Virus record (IMG/VR): IMGVR_UViG_2724679134_000002
Source of the DNA: an uncultured virus (IMG/VR IMGVR_UViG_2724679134_000002)
Taxonomy: Duplodnaviria > Heunggongvirae > Uroviricota > Caudoviricetes
Direction: 5' to 3' (one strand)
Length of the DNA: 64,000 nucleotides
In this document: piece by piece, positions 9,115 through 21,141 of the stretch
How positions within the stretch are numbered: position 1 is the stretch's first letter
How the letters are laid out: the number at the start of each line of letters is the position of its first letter
The notes under the pieces: model-generated
Databases searched by the model: none
What the model was told of the DNA's origin: nothing
What the model saw: only the letters and a program-made list of their open reading frames with translations
Translations under genes and position numbers: made by a program

Positions 9115-11746
9115 ATTGCTCACCTCCGTTTGTTTGCTGGTATGCCTCCCAAATATATTTGACATTTAATTTGTTGCCTCTACAGTTGACATCAGTTCCT
9201 GTGATAAATGAACTATCGGATAAAAAACCGTATGTTAAATCTCCTCCTACTAGAGAAAGCCCAGCATTCGTGACTTGGTATGTAAAACCACCTGTGGAAT
9301 TTTCAATAATTAGTTGCGAATCGTTTGTAGATATAGGAGATATCTTTACAAGGCTCGGGGTAAAAGGGAGGGGGAATTGTTTGCTTGGTGTACCATCACC
9401 AATATAAGTTCCTTTAGTAAACTTCGAAATTGAAGATTCTAAAGCATATTCTTCTGCGGTTTTACCACCTAGCATCTCAGCATTACCATCAATTGAACCA
9501 GAAATCACACCTGACTCGTTGCGAACCGGGATTGAATTTGGAGATGAAAGGGTCGAAGCTGAATAACCATTTAAAGACTCTGCTGTGCCTGCTGAAGATA
9601 CGATCCATTTTTCGCCATCGTAAAGTTCCTGCTTATTTGTTTTAGGATCAATCCATATTGTTCCGGCTTCTGGGGACTCAGGTTTTGTTTCTGAGGAAAT
9701 GGTGTAAAGGTCATTTACCTTGCCACTTAGATTGCCTTTTACTTCAATAGAAGAAGAGGGTAGATATGGATTTTCAGAAGGATGCTCCGGTTGGATTATG
9801 TCAGAGAGTATCCGTCCGCTGCTTTCAATAGAAGTTTCTACTGTGCGATATGCTTGTACTCCAAATGTATAATATTTATTTGACACTTGACCTGTAAGTG
9901 TAACAATTCGCTTATCAAAGCTAACCGATAAATATTGCTCGGCTGACATCTTTGATCCGAATAGGTAGGTATCTGACGATGTATCTGAATAGCAATGAAC
10001 AAGAAATCCATCAATATTGTATTTATCCTCTTCAGAAGTAGGAAACTTCCATTCAATGGAGATATCCACAGTTCCGTTATCGTTGACAACATGGGTTATT
10101 GCAGTGCCGTCATTACGAATAGTTGGATTTGCGACAGGAGATGAGATACGGTCATTCCGTGCATTGTAATTGGTCAGTAGGGTATCATAATCAATCTTTT
10201 TCTTGTTGAATTCAGTTGATGCCTTCTTAGCAGTATACAATGAGCGTGCGAAGTCTTGTTCTAATGTACTGGCTCTTTTTCCATTCGAAAGTGTAACCTG
10301 AATACTTTGTTGTTCAAAATCAAAATTCATTCCTGTAAGCGTTGCTTTGACATCAGTTCTAAATTTGTCATTTACTATTCTTATTATGTCTCCAAGGTAT
10401 ATCCTATCCCAATATTCTTTTTCTTTGTTGACAGTAAACAGGTTTATAATGTTTGTTTTAATATCCACTGGGGGGGAGTTTACTTCACCAAGTTCCTTTA
10501 GTCCTTTTTCATACAACTCTGTTTCATCAAAAATATTGTCATTAGTCCAATCATCTTCATGGATAAAATAAGATAACTTCTTCATAAGTTCTTTGCCAAT
10601 AAACTTATCCATAGACAAACGGTCTTTTAACATTGCTATTTCTTCAGTTATCTTTGATATTTGAGTTGCAATTGCAGATATTTCGGCTTTCTTTGATGTA
10701 ACTTCTAATTGTTTTGCGTCTCTTTGTTTAATAAGGTCTTTTGTATCGTCTCCAGCTTTTTTTGCTACAGTGATCTTATCTAGAATCTGTTGCAGTTCTA
10801 TCTTCTCAAGAGTAAAAAGAGCATTTTCTTGGGTTGTTTTAGATGCTTCCAGATCTTTTTTCTGACTTAAAAGAAGATAAAATGAAGACCCTTCTTTATT
10901 AACAAGCTCATTGTAATCTAAAATTGCATGACATAAATCATCATCCATGTAATCACTGTGCTTGATTACATTTCTTTTTTCATCACGTTCAAAAGGATAT
11001 AGGAAATAAGAAAAATCATCTAAATAACTCTGTCCAGTTGGATTTACTGAATTAATTACAATGCCATCTTTACCTGTAATGTTTAACCGTGTTACTACTT
11101 CATCAATATCAATGGTATCTTCCATATCAATCATAAATCGTTCAGGAGAGAATTGGATTCCTTTGTACTTTGACACAGTTTCTTTTTTATAAAAAGACAC
11201 TGTATTATTCACGGTATCAAATATAGGCACAGCTTCAAAAGTTTCCCCAATGGTTTTTAAAAACTCATATCGTGTAGAAGTAACATCAAATGAGCGGCGT
11301 TTTTCATTAAATGAGGGATCAATAAAATCTATAGTAAAACAAGTTCCTTTAAGACAATCAGTAGCAGCTTCTAACAGATTTTTTGAAATACCTTCATAGG
11401 ATTTTATTTTGTTTTTATGAAGGATGTAGGGGAGTCCTTGAGCTCTAACTTGTATTGTTTGATCTTCATTCTCTGACTTTGTCAACCCAGTTATTACAAA
11501 CCATTCAACTCTGTTTAAGAACTCTGCTTTAATGAGATACCAATCTCTTATAAGCTCTGCCACGTGGTTTGGTCTCATCCTAAAATTATATCTCGCTTTA
11601 AGTGGAATATTAAAAGTGAGATCGTGCAATTCTGCAAAGTTTAAATTTAGTGAAACGTTTGAGAAGTCTACTATATTGGCGATTTTCTTTTTGTTTGGTT
11701 TTGCTAAAGAAAGGATGATTTCACCTGGTTTAAACTCGTTTATCAA
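9107..11746 (-). CDS. yomG: YomG-like tail tip / prophage tail endopeptidase-family protein
   Basis: VVTRLNITGKDG..NSVNPTGQSYLDDFSYF motif, LGDIIRI; follows the distal tail gene; TTG start after GGAGG. Confidence 0.8.
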   Translation of the reverse strand: MINEFKPGEIILSLAKPNKKKIANIVDFSNVSLNLNFAELHDLTFNIPLKARYNFRMRPNHVAELIRDWYLIKAEFLNRVEWFVITGLTKSENEDQTIQVRAQGLPYILHKNKIKSYEGISKNLLEAATDCLKGTCFTIDFIDPSFNEKRRSFDVTSTRYEFLKTIGETFEAVPIFDTVNNTVSFYKKETVSKYKGIQFSPERFMIDMEDTIDIDEVVTRLNITGKDGIVINSVNPTGQSYLDDFSYFLYPFERDEKRNVIKHSDYMDDDLCHAILDYNELVNKEGSSFYLLLSQKKDLEASKTTQENALFTLEKIELQQILDKITVAKKAGDDTKDLIKQRDAKQLEVTSKKAEISAIATQISKITEEIAMLKDRLSMDKFIGKELMKKLSYFIHEDDWTNDNIFDETELYEKGLKELGEVNSPPVDIKTNIINLFTVNKEKEYWDRIYLGDIIRIVNDKFRTDVKATLTGMNFDFEQQSIQVTLSNGKRASTLEQDFARSLYTAKKASTEFNKKKIDYDTLLTNYNARNDRISSPVANPTIRNDGTAITHVVNDNGTVDISIEWKFPTSEEDKYNIDGFLVHCYSDTSSDTYLFGSKMSAEQYLSVSFDKRIVTLTGQVSNKYYTFGVQAYRTVETSIESSGRILSDIIQPEHPSENPYLPSSSIEVKGNLSGKVNDLYTISSETKPESPEAGTIWIDPKTNKQELYDGEKWIVSSAGTAESLNGYSASTLSSPNSIPVRNESGVISGSIDGNAEMLGGKTAEEYALESSISKFTKGTYIGDGTPSKQFPLPFTPSLVKISPISTNDSQLIIENSTGGFTYQVTNAGLSLVGGDLTYGFLSDSSFITGTDVNCRGNKLNVKYIWEAYQQTNGGEQSD

Positions 11747-11757
11747 AACACATCCTC

Positions 11758-12516
11758 CTACAAATATTTGTATCTGTATATTAATCGAATATGGCATTCA
11801 CCAGTTATTTTAATTCTGTTTTTTCCTCTTGATAAAATAACATACTGCTCATTTACATGATCGTAGCATTCATATCCAGTAACACTTGAAGTAATTAACC
11901 TTTTATTAGCATTAACATTCATAATTTCCTGATGTTTAATCGCTGTAAATTTTAAAGGTTCTTTATATGCAGTCAGGTTTTCAATTGTAATGTCTCCATC
12001 ACCTATCTTTTTAAATTCAAGAGACAGCGGAATGTTCAAATCACCTATATTATCAATTTCAATATTTTTAGTACCTGACGATACATCATGCCAATGTGTA
12101 GTTATTTCTCGTCCATATTTATAAGGGAATACCTTCATTGTAAGTTTCACATAACCGTCATTGGAACAGTTGTGTACTAAATCTGTTGCGTTTACTGGCA
12201 AAGCAAAATAAATAATGTCTAAATTGCTACTAAATGCAAGTGGCTTGTAATCATCTACATCTAACCATCGTGCAACTCTGCGAATGTTTTCCTCATCCAA
12301 ATGATTTTCTATGTAAAAGTTTAGGGGGATTTCATATGACTCACGTTTCACACTGTCTACATATGGTTCTGAAGCTAATCGAGCGTAAGTTTCATTTACT
12401 GTTCTATTTGCAATAAACGTCTCTTCTAGTAGTCCGCCCTCTGTATTTACATTCACTGCCCCAATTTCATAAGAGGGGATATCATTAAACATAAAATATT
12501 GGCTTTCTCTAATCAT
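11758..12516 (-). CDS. yomH: YomH-like distal tail (Dit) protein
   Basis: 252 aa directly downstream of the tape measure; C-terminal ILSRGKNRIKITG typical of Dit. Confidence 0.78.
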   Translation of the reverse strand: MIRESQYFMFNDIPSYEIGAVNVNTEGGLLEETFIANRTVNETYARLASEPYVDSVKRESYEIPLNFYIENHLDEENIRRVARWLDVDDYKPLAFSSNLDIIYFALPVNATDLVHNCSNDGYVKLTMKVFPYKYGREITTHWHDVSSGTKNIEIDNIGDLNIPLSLEFKKIGDGDITIENLTAYKEPLKFTAIKHQEIMNVNANKRLITSSVTGYECYDHVNEQYVILSRGKNRIKITGECHIRLIYRYKYL

Positions 12517-12569
12517 GAAATACCACCTTAATCAAAAAGCAAGCTAAAGAGCCTGCATTATACAGGCTC

Positions 12570-15500
12570 TTACATGCTTCCATTTAATTTTACAACTTCT
12601 TTTTTTATGGTTTCGAACATAGTTCTAGCTCCAGTTTCACCACCCGTAAGCTTATCGATGTGGAAGTTGTTTGTTAAATTAACTGTTTTATCACCAGTAG
12701 AGTTAACTGTAGTAGGGGGAAGACTGGTCGTCTTGACACTTGGTATTAGACTGTTTGATAAACTCGCCTGATTAATATTCGGAATTATTGATGGAATAGA
12801 GGTAATTCCTTTGTTAATCAAGGCTGCTAATTTCCCACCTTGACCCCATTTAGGAGTGAAACTTTCGCTTTCAGCGGCAGTTTCTCTAACCGTTTTCACA
12901 GCCTCAAGCATATTCGCAGTGTCCGTCTTGTTTAAGATTAGCTCTTTGTCATGGAGAAAAGCGAGTTTACCAGCACCTAATCCGGTTCCTGTGTAACCGC
13001 CAGACGCGAAAGAAGATACCTTTTTACCAGTAGTATTGCCTTTGGTCACAGTATTCAGGGCATTAGAAGCTTCTTTAAGCTTATCAATTAGGTTATTGGA
13101 AATACTCTTTCCGATAGACTCCATATTGCTATTAATGAACTTAGAGAACTCGTTCAGTTGTTTAGCAATATCGGTAATCTTCCCATCCATTAATTTATCC
13201 TCAAGATCTTTAAACGCACGTTCATCATTAACAAGGTCATCGTACTTGTTGTTAATTGATTCTTCATCTTTTTCAAGCTGATCTTGGAGAGCTTCTTTGC
13301 GTTTGCTGTTTTCTCGATCTTTAAGAAATTCATCTAAATCTAGCTGCTCTTTCTGAAGTTGTTCAGTTAATTCTTTAACCTTAGATTTACCGAATTCAGA
13401 ATCATCAAGCGAGTACTGATTGATTTGATCAGATAGCTTTTGAATGCTTTCTTGTTTCTCTTTTAATTCCTTCTGAAACTTAGCTTCATCATCGGTTTTA
13501 TCAATCTCATCAATCAAATCCTGTGTAGCTTTTTGATGCGCTTTTAATTCAATGTCCCGCATCTTTTCGTACATCTCTTTGTAGATGGAGACAACTTCAT
13601 CAGCAAGGGATTTATAGATGTCCTTGATCGACTTTTTGGTGTTATAAAGCTCAAGATTAAAATCTTTCTGCTTATCTTTCCAATTTTCGATCTCATCTGC
13701 AATTTGTTTCTGGATGTCCGGAAAGCCCTTTGCTGCTTTTTTCTGTGCTTCTAGTTGCTTGATGTATTTTTTAGCCTCAGATTGTTGTTGTTGGATAAGC
13801 TTAATCTGTTTACTATAATGCTTAACCTTATCTTCGTCTTCTTCAGTCATTGAAATCTTATTATCAACGTCTTTAAGTTTTGATTCTGTTTTCTTAGAGG
13901 ACTTTTCAATATTGTTAAGTGTTTCATCAACTTTTGACTGGATTAACTGACCTTGAAGCTCTCTAACTTCTTCTTGGAAATTAATCAAATCAATCTTAGC
14001 TTGTTTTAGTTCTTCTTTAAGCTGTGCTTTCTGAGCATAGTTAAGATTTTTATTTGCTTTAATTTCTTTTTGGATCCAAGAAACCTTTTGACTCTGAATC
14101 TTTTGTTGCTCAGATAAAGCCTTTTTCTGTTCATTGGTGTATTTTCTAAATTGTTTACTGTCAGATAAATAATGGCTAGCCAATGCCTGGCTTTTTGCAA
14201 TTTTAACGTCATAATCACCAATACGCTTATCAAATTCATCAAGTTTAGATTGAACGAGTTCGTATCGAAGTTCTTGAATCTGATCATCAACTGAACTGAG
14301 GTCTCCTTGAAGAGAGATGAGGTCTGATTTAGCTTGAGCAATCGCTTGTTGTCTTTCAGCTTCGGCAGAAGAGGCATCAGAAACAGAGGTTCCTAATCCT
14401 TGTAAGTACTTTTCAGGGTCAATGGTTTTGCCGTTCTGTTCAATTTGAAGGTGAAGGTGGTTACCTGTGGAATTACCAGTGCTACCAACTTTGCCAATTG
14501 TTTGCCCGGCTTGAACTGTTTGGCCACTCTTAACGGATGGAGTGCTTTGCATATGCATATACTTAGCAACTGTTCCGTCATCTTGTTGGATAACCACCCA
14601 GTTACCTGCAGTTTTACTGTAGCCGGCAATTTGAACCTTACCATTCTGAAGTGATTTAATTGCTGTTCCAGCTTTTGCTGCATAGTCTGTTCCTTTATGA
14701 GGAGTAGAGCGGTAAGCACCATCTTGAGCACCGTATTTGGAACTCACTCTAAATGCACTATTGCTAGTATAATAACTCGCAATTGAAGAATTAGCAGAGG
14801 TCATGGACTTAGTGTAGTTGGTCATGATCTTTTTAACGTAGTTTTGTGTTTCTTTGAAAGGAGGAATTCCTCCATATTTAACTACATTACCAGGACCAGC
14901 GTTATAAGCAGCTAAAGCTTTCTCAACATTGCCTCCGAATTTTTCTAATTGCTGAGCGATGTATTTTGTACCGCCCATGATATTTTGGTAAGGATCATAC
15001 GCATTGGAAACTCCCAGGCTTTTAGCAGTAGAAGGCATCAGTTGCATGAGTCCCATTGCGCCAGCACCAGAGCGAGCTTTTGAATTAAAGTTGGACTCTT
15101 GTTTAATTATGGCTGCAATAAGGGAAGGGTCAACACCGTATTTACTTGCGGCTGAATTAATGTAGCTGGAATACTTTCCTGAATAAGAACCACCGGAGGA
15201 TGAGTATGAGCCGCCCGATGAGACAGAAGATGGGGAAGAGGAGGTGACAATGCCATATTGGGTGACATTGCCGGATTTAATCTGCTCTTTTAAAAGTTTA
15301 GCTTGTTCTTGCATAAGCTTTTTCTTTTGTTGAAGAGCTTTAATTTCCTTCTTAATTGCATCTCTGTATTTCTGAGAATACTTAGGGTAATCATTAACCT
15401 GTTTGTTGTATTTATCTATTTCAGCGTTAACTTTCTCTAATGATTCCTTATATTTATCAGCTACGTACATTGATGTCTTTATTTCTTCAGATGCTTTTTC

Positions 15501-18500
15501 GGAGGAGGAAGACATATCCTCCATTGATGTTCCGGTTTCAGAGAGGGAAGAGGAGGCTAGATCAGCCAATTTATCAAGTTCCTCTAGTTGACTGGTAATG
15601 TCAGATACTTGGTTTAAATCTTCTTGAGTCTTAGGAAGATATTGAATTGCTCCTCCATTTCCTTTTTTCATTTCCTCAAGAATTTTTTGCTTTTGCTTCT
15701 CTAGGTCAGACTTCAAATTATAAGCATCTTGCACAGTCTTAATGGCTTTAACTTCAGATTTATACATGTTAATCTTTTTGTTAAGAGCGTTAGCCTGATT
15801 AATCAGGTCTTGTTTAACAGACTGTTGCATATCATTGTATGCTTTTAGCTTTATATCTCGGAGTTTAACAACAGCATCTCTGTTGATTTTAACAACGCCA
15901 TTTTCAACTGAAATTGCATCGGCAAGATCGCTTTCTTTTTGAATTAACTTCATAGCTTCAGTTGCTGATAAACTCTTACCCTCTGCCATTTTCTCAAGTA
16001 GCTCATTTAAAGGGGAGATATTATCAGCCATAGCATCATAAGCATCGTTTTGCATTGCAGAAATTGCTAACTCATTCTGCTTAGAATCAACCAATTCATT
16101 AATAATGGAACTAATTGCTTCAAAGTCACCTTTAGCGTCTTTAAGTTTGTCAGATAATGTTCCAACTGAATCCCCTAAGGCATCAATGCCTTCACCATTT
16201 TCATCCCATGTTACTTTAGCTGTTTCAGCAGAATTGTTTGTAGAATCAATAGCATCCTTAAGATCCCCATAAGATAAAACAAGCCCATTTGCTTTATCAG
16301 AACCATCAACATATTGATTAACCAGGTTTTCAAGACCTTGAGAAGCTTTAGAAAAGTCTGTTTGATTTCCTGACTGTAGAGCCTTTTGAATCTTATCCAT
16401 ATATTGAGATACATTGATGGAAAAGGACTCTAACTCAGATGCATCCATTTTGCTGAAATCTATTTTATTAAATGTATCATTGATTTCCTTGGTGAGTTGA
16501 GGATTAATTTTTATGGAGTTAAATGCCTCAACTGTTTTGGAAACTTGCTCTCGTATTTTGGACTGTGAGCTAGATAAAGATTGTTCAACACGCAGAGCTT
16601 CCTGTTCAGCTTTAACACCTTGATTTTTAATCGAGCTTTCATCTGCAAAAGGGTTCTCGAAAAATGACCAAAAGCCTTTTCCTTTTGAGTAGGTATCAGC
16701 CATTTTTTTATATTGATCAATCTCTTGCTGGAGATCCTTAATTTCTTTTAAACTGTCAGAAAAAGTGTTCTTGGCGCCGGTTTTAATGTCTTTTTTGTTA
16801 AGGTCGGCCAGTTCTTGAGTATATTTAATGGCATCTTGCAGTGCATCATTGTTTTTAATTATTGCTTGCCCTTGTGAGTCATAGCCAGCAATTAAATTTG
16901 GGAATGTTTGCGCCAGTTGTTGTGTGACTTGAAGGTATTCTTGTTCTTTGTCAGCACTTAACGTACCTGATTCTTTTGCTTTCTGGAGCTCTTTATATTG
17001 AGCAATTAACTGGTCAGTTGTGTCCTTATTAGTTGTAATGGCTTCAATACTTGTGATTTTAGCTTGTTCAAAGTCTTCACGGGCTTGTTTTAATTTCGAA
17101 TATGAGGATATCAATTTCTCAATTACAACACCAAAAGCCATCATTGCTGCCATAGGAAGGAAGCTTCCCGCTAAGAACGCACCTGTAGTCATTGCGGCTT
17201 TTTTTAATCTGCCAATTGCAATAGTTGAGGCAGAAACAACTTTGTTCCAGATAGCAGTTCTAGCAGAAGCTGCAGTAACACCAACAGTTAATGAATTGAA
17301 ATTTAGAACTAAGTTCTTAATAGCTGCACCCATTGCTGTTCCAGTGGCCAACGTTCCTGCACGGAGAGAAGAATTGAAGAGTAAGACAGCTGCAGTTGCA
17401 GCCCCAAATACTTGAGGTAGAAGACCAACTGTTTTTGTAACTTGAGCACTTGTTTGCATTAAATTTTTTAATGCATCAGCAAATACTACAATACTATCAG
17501 AGATTAATGCTTCCCCAGATGCAATTGACATCTCTGTGAAAGAATTCGATAAACGATTAATCCTTGCTTGCAAGCTATCAGCATACTTTTGTTGTTCTTT
17601 CCATGAGCTACCGACAGAATTAGAAGCTGTGTTTGCAGCACTTTGGGCAATGGAGAAGTTATTCATCATTGCGTTAAAACGAGACAATTGATAAATACCT
17701 GCCACGCCTATTGATGTATTTTGTTTCTGGGCATCGCTCAGTGTGTCCCATTTTCCAGCGAGTTCCTCAATTAATTCACTTGAAGTTTTTGCTTCTCCAC
17801 TAGCCGTTTTAACTGAAATTCCAATTTGTTCTAATGCTTTAATCGAACTATTGTTATTTCCAATACGTGCAAATATTGTTTTAAGTGAGTTACCAACAAT
17901 ATTCCCACTCTCACGAGTCGTACTTGCAATGGCAGTTGTATAACCAATTAAATCATTTAATTCAACACCGAAAGTAGATGCAGTTGAACCGGCTTTTCTG
18001 ATCGAGTTCGCAAGATCAAGTGTGCTAACTGCATAGTTGTTATCAACTTCATTCAGTTTATCAGCAATGGAAATTGAATCTCCTGCAGCAACATTAAAAT
18101 TCAGCATTGCAGCAGTTAAAGTGTTAACAGTATCAGTTGGATTCAAGTCAGAAATATTCTGAAGAACTTGTGCTGTCTTTGTAACATCTCCAAGCTCCGC
18201 TTCATCAAAGCCCATTCTCCCGAACGATCCTGTTATTTCAAGGATATCCGATATCTTATTTGAAAGCTGATCACTCAAATCGATAGAAGATTGAAGCAAT
18301 TCATTAAATTTATAGTCAGGTATATCCATTACACGGCGAATATTTGTCAACAATGTATCAATTTCAATGACTTGCTGTACCATTGACTTTAAAGCCTGAA
18401 CACCTGAATAAAAGGCTGTTCCAGTAAGTAAGTATGCAGGCATTCTGCTAAATGACTGTGTGAGTTGATCTCCAAAGCTTGTAACTCTGGTTGTAGCAGA

Positions 18501-19451
18501 GCTAACATTTGCAGTAATTTCTCTGAACTGCATATTTAAATTTTGCATTTGAGCTCTAAGGTTAGGTGTTTTAGTACTCAGTTGATTTACTGAATTTAAA
18601 TAACTCTGAAGAGCAGCAGTATTAGTGCCACTCATTGACCCACTGTATCTGGCATTTAAATTCTGTGCATTAACTTGTGCTTGTCGTTGATATAATTGTA
18701 ATTGACGTTCAAGTTCTTTTGTTTTTGCTTTAGCAGTAGAGGAGTCATCAATGCGATTAATTCGATTAGCTATTTGATCTATTTGAGAAGATGTTTTTGC
18801 GCCATTAATAGAAGTGGAAAGGCGAGAGAGGACTTCTGATGAGACTAATCCTTTTTGTCTTAAGATCTCAAGTTTTTGGTTTAGTTGATCAACAGCTTTT
18901 CTTTGTTGGTCATAATTTGTTGTTATCTTGGAAGAAGTAGCATTAGTTTTAGGATCAGTAGCATAAGTAATATCATCAAAACCATTGCGATTTTTCTGAA
19001 TTACTCTTGTTGTTTGTCCTTGGCTATTTTTCTGTTCAGTTTTCTTTTGAACCTGTCCAAGTTTTTCAGTAGCTGAAGCAAGCTTGTTTACTTCTTGGGT
19101 TTGCACTTTTAGTGACTTATTGCGATTATCGATTATCTTAGTTTCACGTTGAAGTATTTCACCATTTTTCTTATATTGCTGTGTTAGTTTATCAACGGTA
19201 CCGTCAGCATTTTTAACAACTTTAGAGGATTCTCTAACGGTTTGATTATACGACTTAAGATTTTTCTGATAAGTTTCAACTGCAGATGAGAATTCTTTTA
19301 GAGTCTTTAAAGTAGATGAATCAATATCGGTGTTTAATTTAAGTGAGTTTAATTTTCCTTGGAGAGTTTTTATCTGTTTATTAAGCTGTTCAACGGTAGA
19401 AGAGGAGGTGTCAGCTTGGGGAGTTAATATTATTTTGAGGTTTTGACTCAA
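12570..19451 (-). CDS. cwlP: Tape measure protein CwlP/YomI with lytic transglycosylase (SLT) and M23 peptidase domains
   Basis: 2293 aa; TMP core ([32 protein letters not shown]); SLT motifs IKQESNF, GLMQLMP, AAYNAG; M23 motifs HKGTD, YMH, HLH. Confidence 0.95.
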   Translation of the reverse strand: MSQNLKIILTPQADTSSSTVEQLNKQIKTLQGKLNSLKLNTDIDSSTLKTLKEFSSAVETYQKNLKSYNQTVRESSKVVKNADGTVDKLTQQYKKNGEILQRETKIIDNRNKSLKVQTQEVNKLASATEKLGQVQKKTEQKNSQGQTTRVIQKNRNGFDDITYATDPKTNATSSKITTNYDQQRKAVDQLNQKLEILRQKGLVSSEVLSRLSTSINGAKTSSQIDQIANRINRIDDSSTAKAKTKELERQLQLYQRQAQVNAQNLNARYSGSMSGTNTAALQSYLNSVNQLSTKTPNLRAQMQNLNMQFREITANVSSATTRVTSFGDQLTQSFSRMPAYLLTGTAFYSGVQALKSMVQQVIEIDTLLTNIRRVMDIPDYKFNELLQSSIDLSDQLSNKISDILEITGSFGRMGFDEAELGDVTKTAQVLQNISDLNPTDTVNTLTAAMLNFNVAAGDSISIADKLNEVDNNYAVSTLDLANSIRKAGSTASTFGVELNDLIGYTTAIASTTRESGNIVGNSLKTIFARIGNNNSSIKALEQIGISVKTASGEAKTSSELIEELAGKWDTLSDAQKQNTSIGVAGIYQLSRFNAMMNNFSIAQSAANTASNSVGSSWKEQQKYADSLQARINRLSNSFTEMSIASGEALISDSIVVFADALKNLMQTSAQVTKTVGLLPQVFGAATAAVLLFNSSLRAGTLATGTAMGAAIKNLVLNFNSLTVGVTAASARTAIWNKVVSASTIAIGRLKKAAMTTGAFLAGSFLPMAAMMAFGVVIEKLISSYSKLKQAREDFEQAKITSIEAITTNKDTTDQLIAQYKELQKAKESGTLSADKEQEYLQVTQQLAQTFPNLIAGYDSQGQAIIKNNDALQDAIKYTQELADLNKKDIKTGAKNTFSDSLKEIKDLQQEIDQYKKMADTYSKGKGFWSFFENPFADESSIKNQGVKAEQEALRVEQSLSSSQSKIREQVSKTVEAFNSIKINPQLTKEINDTFNKIDFSKMDASELESFSINVSQYMDKIQKALQSGNQTDFSKASQGLENLVNQYVDGSDKANGLVLSYGDLKDAIDSTNNSAETAKVTWDENGEGIDALGDSVGTLSDKLKDAKGDFEAISSIINELVDSKQNELAISAMQNDAYDAMADNISPLNELLEKMAEGKSLSATEAMKLIQKESDLADAISVENGVVKINRDAVVKLRDIKLKAYNDMQQSVKQDLINQANALNKKINMYKSEVKAIKTVQDAYNLKSDLEKQKQKILEEMKKGNGGAIQYLPKTQEDLNQVSDITSQLEELDKLADLASSSLSETGTSMEDMSSSSEKASEEIKTSMYVADKYKESLEKVNAEIDKYNKQVNDYPKYSQKYRDAIKKEIKALQQKKKLMQEQAKLLKEQIKSGNVTQYGIVTSSSPSSVSSGGSYSSSGGSYSGKYSSYINSAASKYGVDPSLIAAIIKQESNFNSKARSGAGAMGLMQLMPSTAKSLGVSNAYDPYQNIMGGTKYIAQQLEKFGGNVEKALAAYNAGPGNVVKYGGIPPFKETQNYVKKIMTNYTKSMTSANSSIASYYTSNSAFRVSSKYGAQDGAYRSTPHKGTDYAAKAGTAIKSLQNGKVQIAGYSKTAGNWVVIQQDDGTVAKYMHMQSTPSVKSGQTVQAGQTIGKVGSTGNSTGNHLHLQIEQNGKTIDPEKYLQGLGTSVSDASSAEAERQQAIAQAKSDLISLQGDLSSVDDQIQELRYELVQSKLDEFDKRIGDYDVKIAKSQALASHYLSDSKQFRKYTNEQKKALSEQQKIQSQKVSWIQKEIKANKNLNYAQKAQLKEELKQAKIDLINFQEEVRELQGQLIQSKVDETLNNIEKSSKKTESKLKDVDNKISMTEEDEDKVKHYSKQIKLIQQQQSEAKKYIKQLEAQKKAAKGFPDIQKQIADEIENWKDKQKDFNLELYNTKKSIKDIYKSLADEVVSIYKEMYEKMRDIELKAHQKATQDLIDEIDKTDDEAKFQKELKEKQESIQKLSDQINQYSLDDSEFGKSKVKELTEQLQKEQLDLDEFLKDRENSKRKEALQDQLEKDEESINNKYDDLVNDERAFKDLEDKLMDGKITDIAKQLNEFSKFINSNMESIGKSISNNLIDKLKEASNALNTVTKGNTTGKKVSSFASGGYTGTGLGAGKLAFLHDKELILNKTDTANMLEAVKTVRETAAESESFTPKWGQGGKLAALINKGITSIPSIIPNINQASLSNSLIPSVKTTSLPPTTVNSTGDKTVNLTNNFHIDKLTGGETGARTMFETIKKEVVKLNGSM

Positions 19452-19512
19452 GTATTAGTCACATCCTTTCAAATGAGGGGAAATAAGAGGACAAAATAAA
19501 AAAAGCCACTCA

Positions 19513-20136
19513 TTATGGAGCGACTTTACTTGCTTTACGTATTGCTATTTCCATGATCCCTTGCCAAACTTCAACATTCGATAAAGCTTCTTTAACTTTT
19601 TGATCATCTTGTTTAAATCCTTTTACATTTTCTAATCCAAAATCATTCTTACTGGGGAGAAAATCAAATCTGAAAATAGGAGTAGAAAAGTCTTCGAGTT
19701 TTAGTTTCAAATCAATTTTCTTAAAGTGTTTAGACTCAGTTTTATTGGATGACAATCCCCCGACTAGGGCACCGATTCCGCCAGCTGCGAGACCTCCAAC
19801 AACAGCTCCAGTCATCTGACTTCCTCTGCTAACTTTGGTTATTATGTTATCATCAATCGATATTTCAGCTTCAATAATCTGATTAAAAGGAACAGTCTTT
19901 TCTTCTAAGGAACCTCTATTAAATTGGTGTATAACAAATTTATTTTCTGGTTCCACTAGAGTTATTTTCTTGTTTTTATCAGGATTTATAAAGAACTTAT
20001 ACGAAGAGGGGAATTTCCCAGCTAACTCAATCTCTTTTAAATCATTATTGCCATCACTTTTCTGCTTATCTGAAACAAATTCACCGACTATAAAGAAAGC
20101 AGCAATGATCAATAAAACAATAACAGCCCAGATCAT
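19513..20136 (-). CDS. yomJ: YomJ-position membrane protein with a glycine zipper; own sigA-like promoter
   Basis: N-terminal TM, GAVVGGLAAGGIGALVGG; TGGTATAAT extended -10 about 30 nt upstream; name is positional. Confidence 0.6.
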   Translation of the reverse strand: MIWAVIVLLIIAAFFIVGEFVSDKQKSDGNNDLKEIELAGKFPSSYKFFINPDKNKKITLVEPENKFVIHQFNRGSLEEKTVPFNQIIEAEISIDDNIITKVSRGSQMTGAVVGGLAAGGIGALVGGLSSNKTESKHFKKIDLKLKLEDFSTPIFRFDFLPSKNDFGLENVKGFKQDDQKVKEALSNVEVWQGIMEIAIRKASKVAP

Positions 20137-20480
20137 CCAACCACCACCAGTATTATTTTCCTACATTATACCATGATTTCCAGAAGCATAGAACAGAATT
20201 AAGGGGAAGGGGAGGATTAAGTGAATTATTCCCTCTCTTCCTTATCATCTTTCTGTGTTTAGCTGCTTTTGCCTTTTCCAGCAATGTCTTGAAATATGTT
20301 GCAGTTGTTAAACTTCCTTTTCAGGCTTTTTCTATTAAGTGAACTATATTCTGATATATCCCATTTGGCTTCGCTGTTCTTTTTGAAGATTCACTATCCA
20401 TAAGAAGACATATGTATTTTTCAAGAGAGAATCATAATCCTTATGATATAATTACCATTAAAAAGACAGGGGTGCATAAA

Positions 20481-21077
20481 ATGAATTCTGAATATCTCAA
20501 TCCTGCACTAAAAGCATTGAGAGATATACAAGATTGGGAAAATAGGTTGCAAGATACTGTGAATTTACCATATAAACAATTGTCTTTGATGTTGGATCAA
20601 ATAGCTCAACAACAAGAAGCATTGAGCAAGAGCTTGGACTTAACACAAAATATAAAAGCTCATGTGAACTATATTCCAAATTTAACTGCCTCAATACAAG
20701 AACAATTAAAACAGGTTCGTTCTTTGAATTTGGATATTAATATGATTGATTTCTCTTGTGCAAATGAGGTAAGAACTCCAGATAGAGGCGAGGCAGAGGA
20801 CATTAAGTATTTACAAGAAGCGGAAGATTTTATTAATAAACAAGATTGGGAAGACAGAGAAATAACTTCTGAAGATATTAATAATACAATAATTGAATCC
20901 AAAGAACTCAATCCATTTACGAGATTTTACGTTATAAATGCAATTATATTTACAATAATGATGATTGTGTACACTCAGTTGGGTGGTCAAGACACACTGG
21001 GAATTGATTTTCAACAGTTTGTTGAATCCTACATGAGTATAACAGCTGTCGGGGCAATTGCATCAAAAGATAAATAA
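20481..21077 (+). CDS. Hypothetical accessory protein with C-terminal TM segment, opposite strand to the late operon
   Basis: Long ORF; AGGGG RBS before ATG 20481 (ORF track starts at 20412). Confidence 0.65.
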   Translation: MNSEYLNPALKALRDIQDWENRLQDTVNLPYKQLSLMLDQIAQQQEALSKSLDLTQNIKAHVNYIPNLTASIQEQLKQVRSLNLDINMIDFSCANEVRTPDRGEAEDIKYLQEAEDFINKQDWEDREITSEDINNTIIESKELNPFTRFYVINAIIFTIMMIVYTQLGGQDTLGIDFQQFVESYMSITAVGAIASKDK

Positions 21078-21141
21078 TTTTATTCAAAAGCAAAATCCCT
21101 CTATTGAGGAATCTTGATTCTGCATAAAAGAGGGATTTTAT

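Noticed and set aside
20225..20412. Possible gene remnant between yomJ and ORF 20481
   Set aside because: Only short interrupted frames with no recognisable homology.
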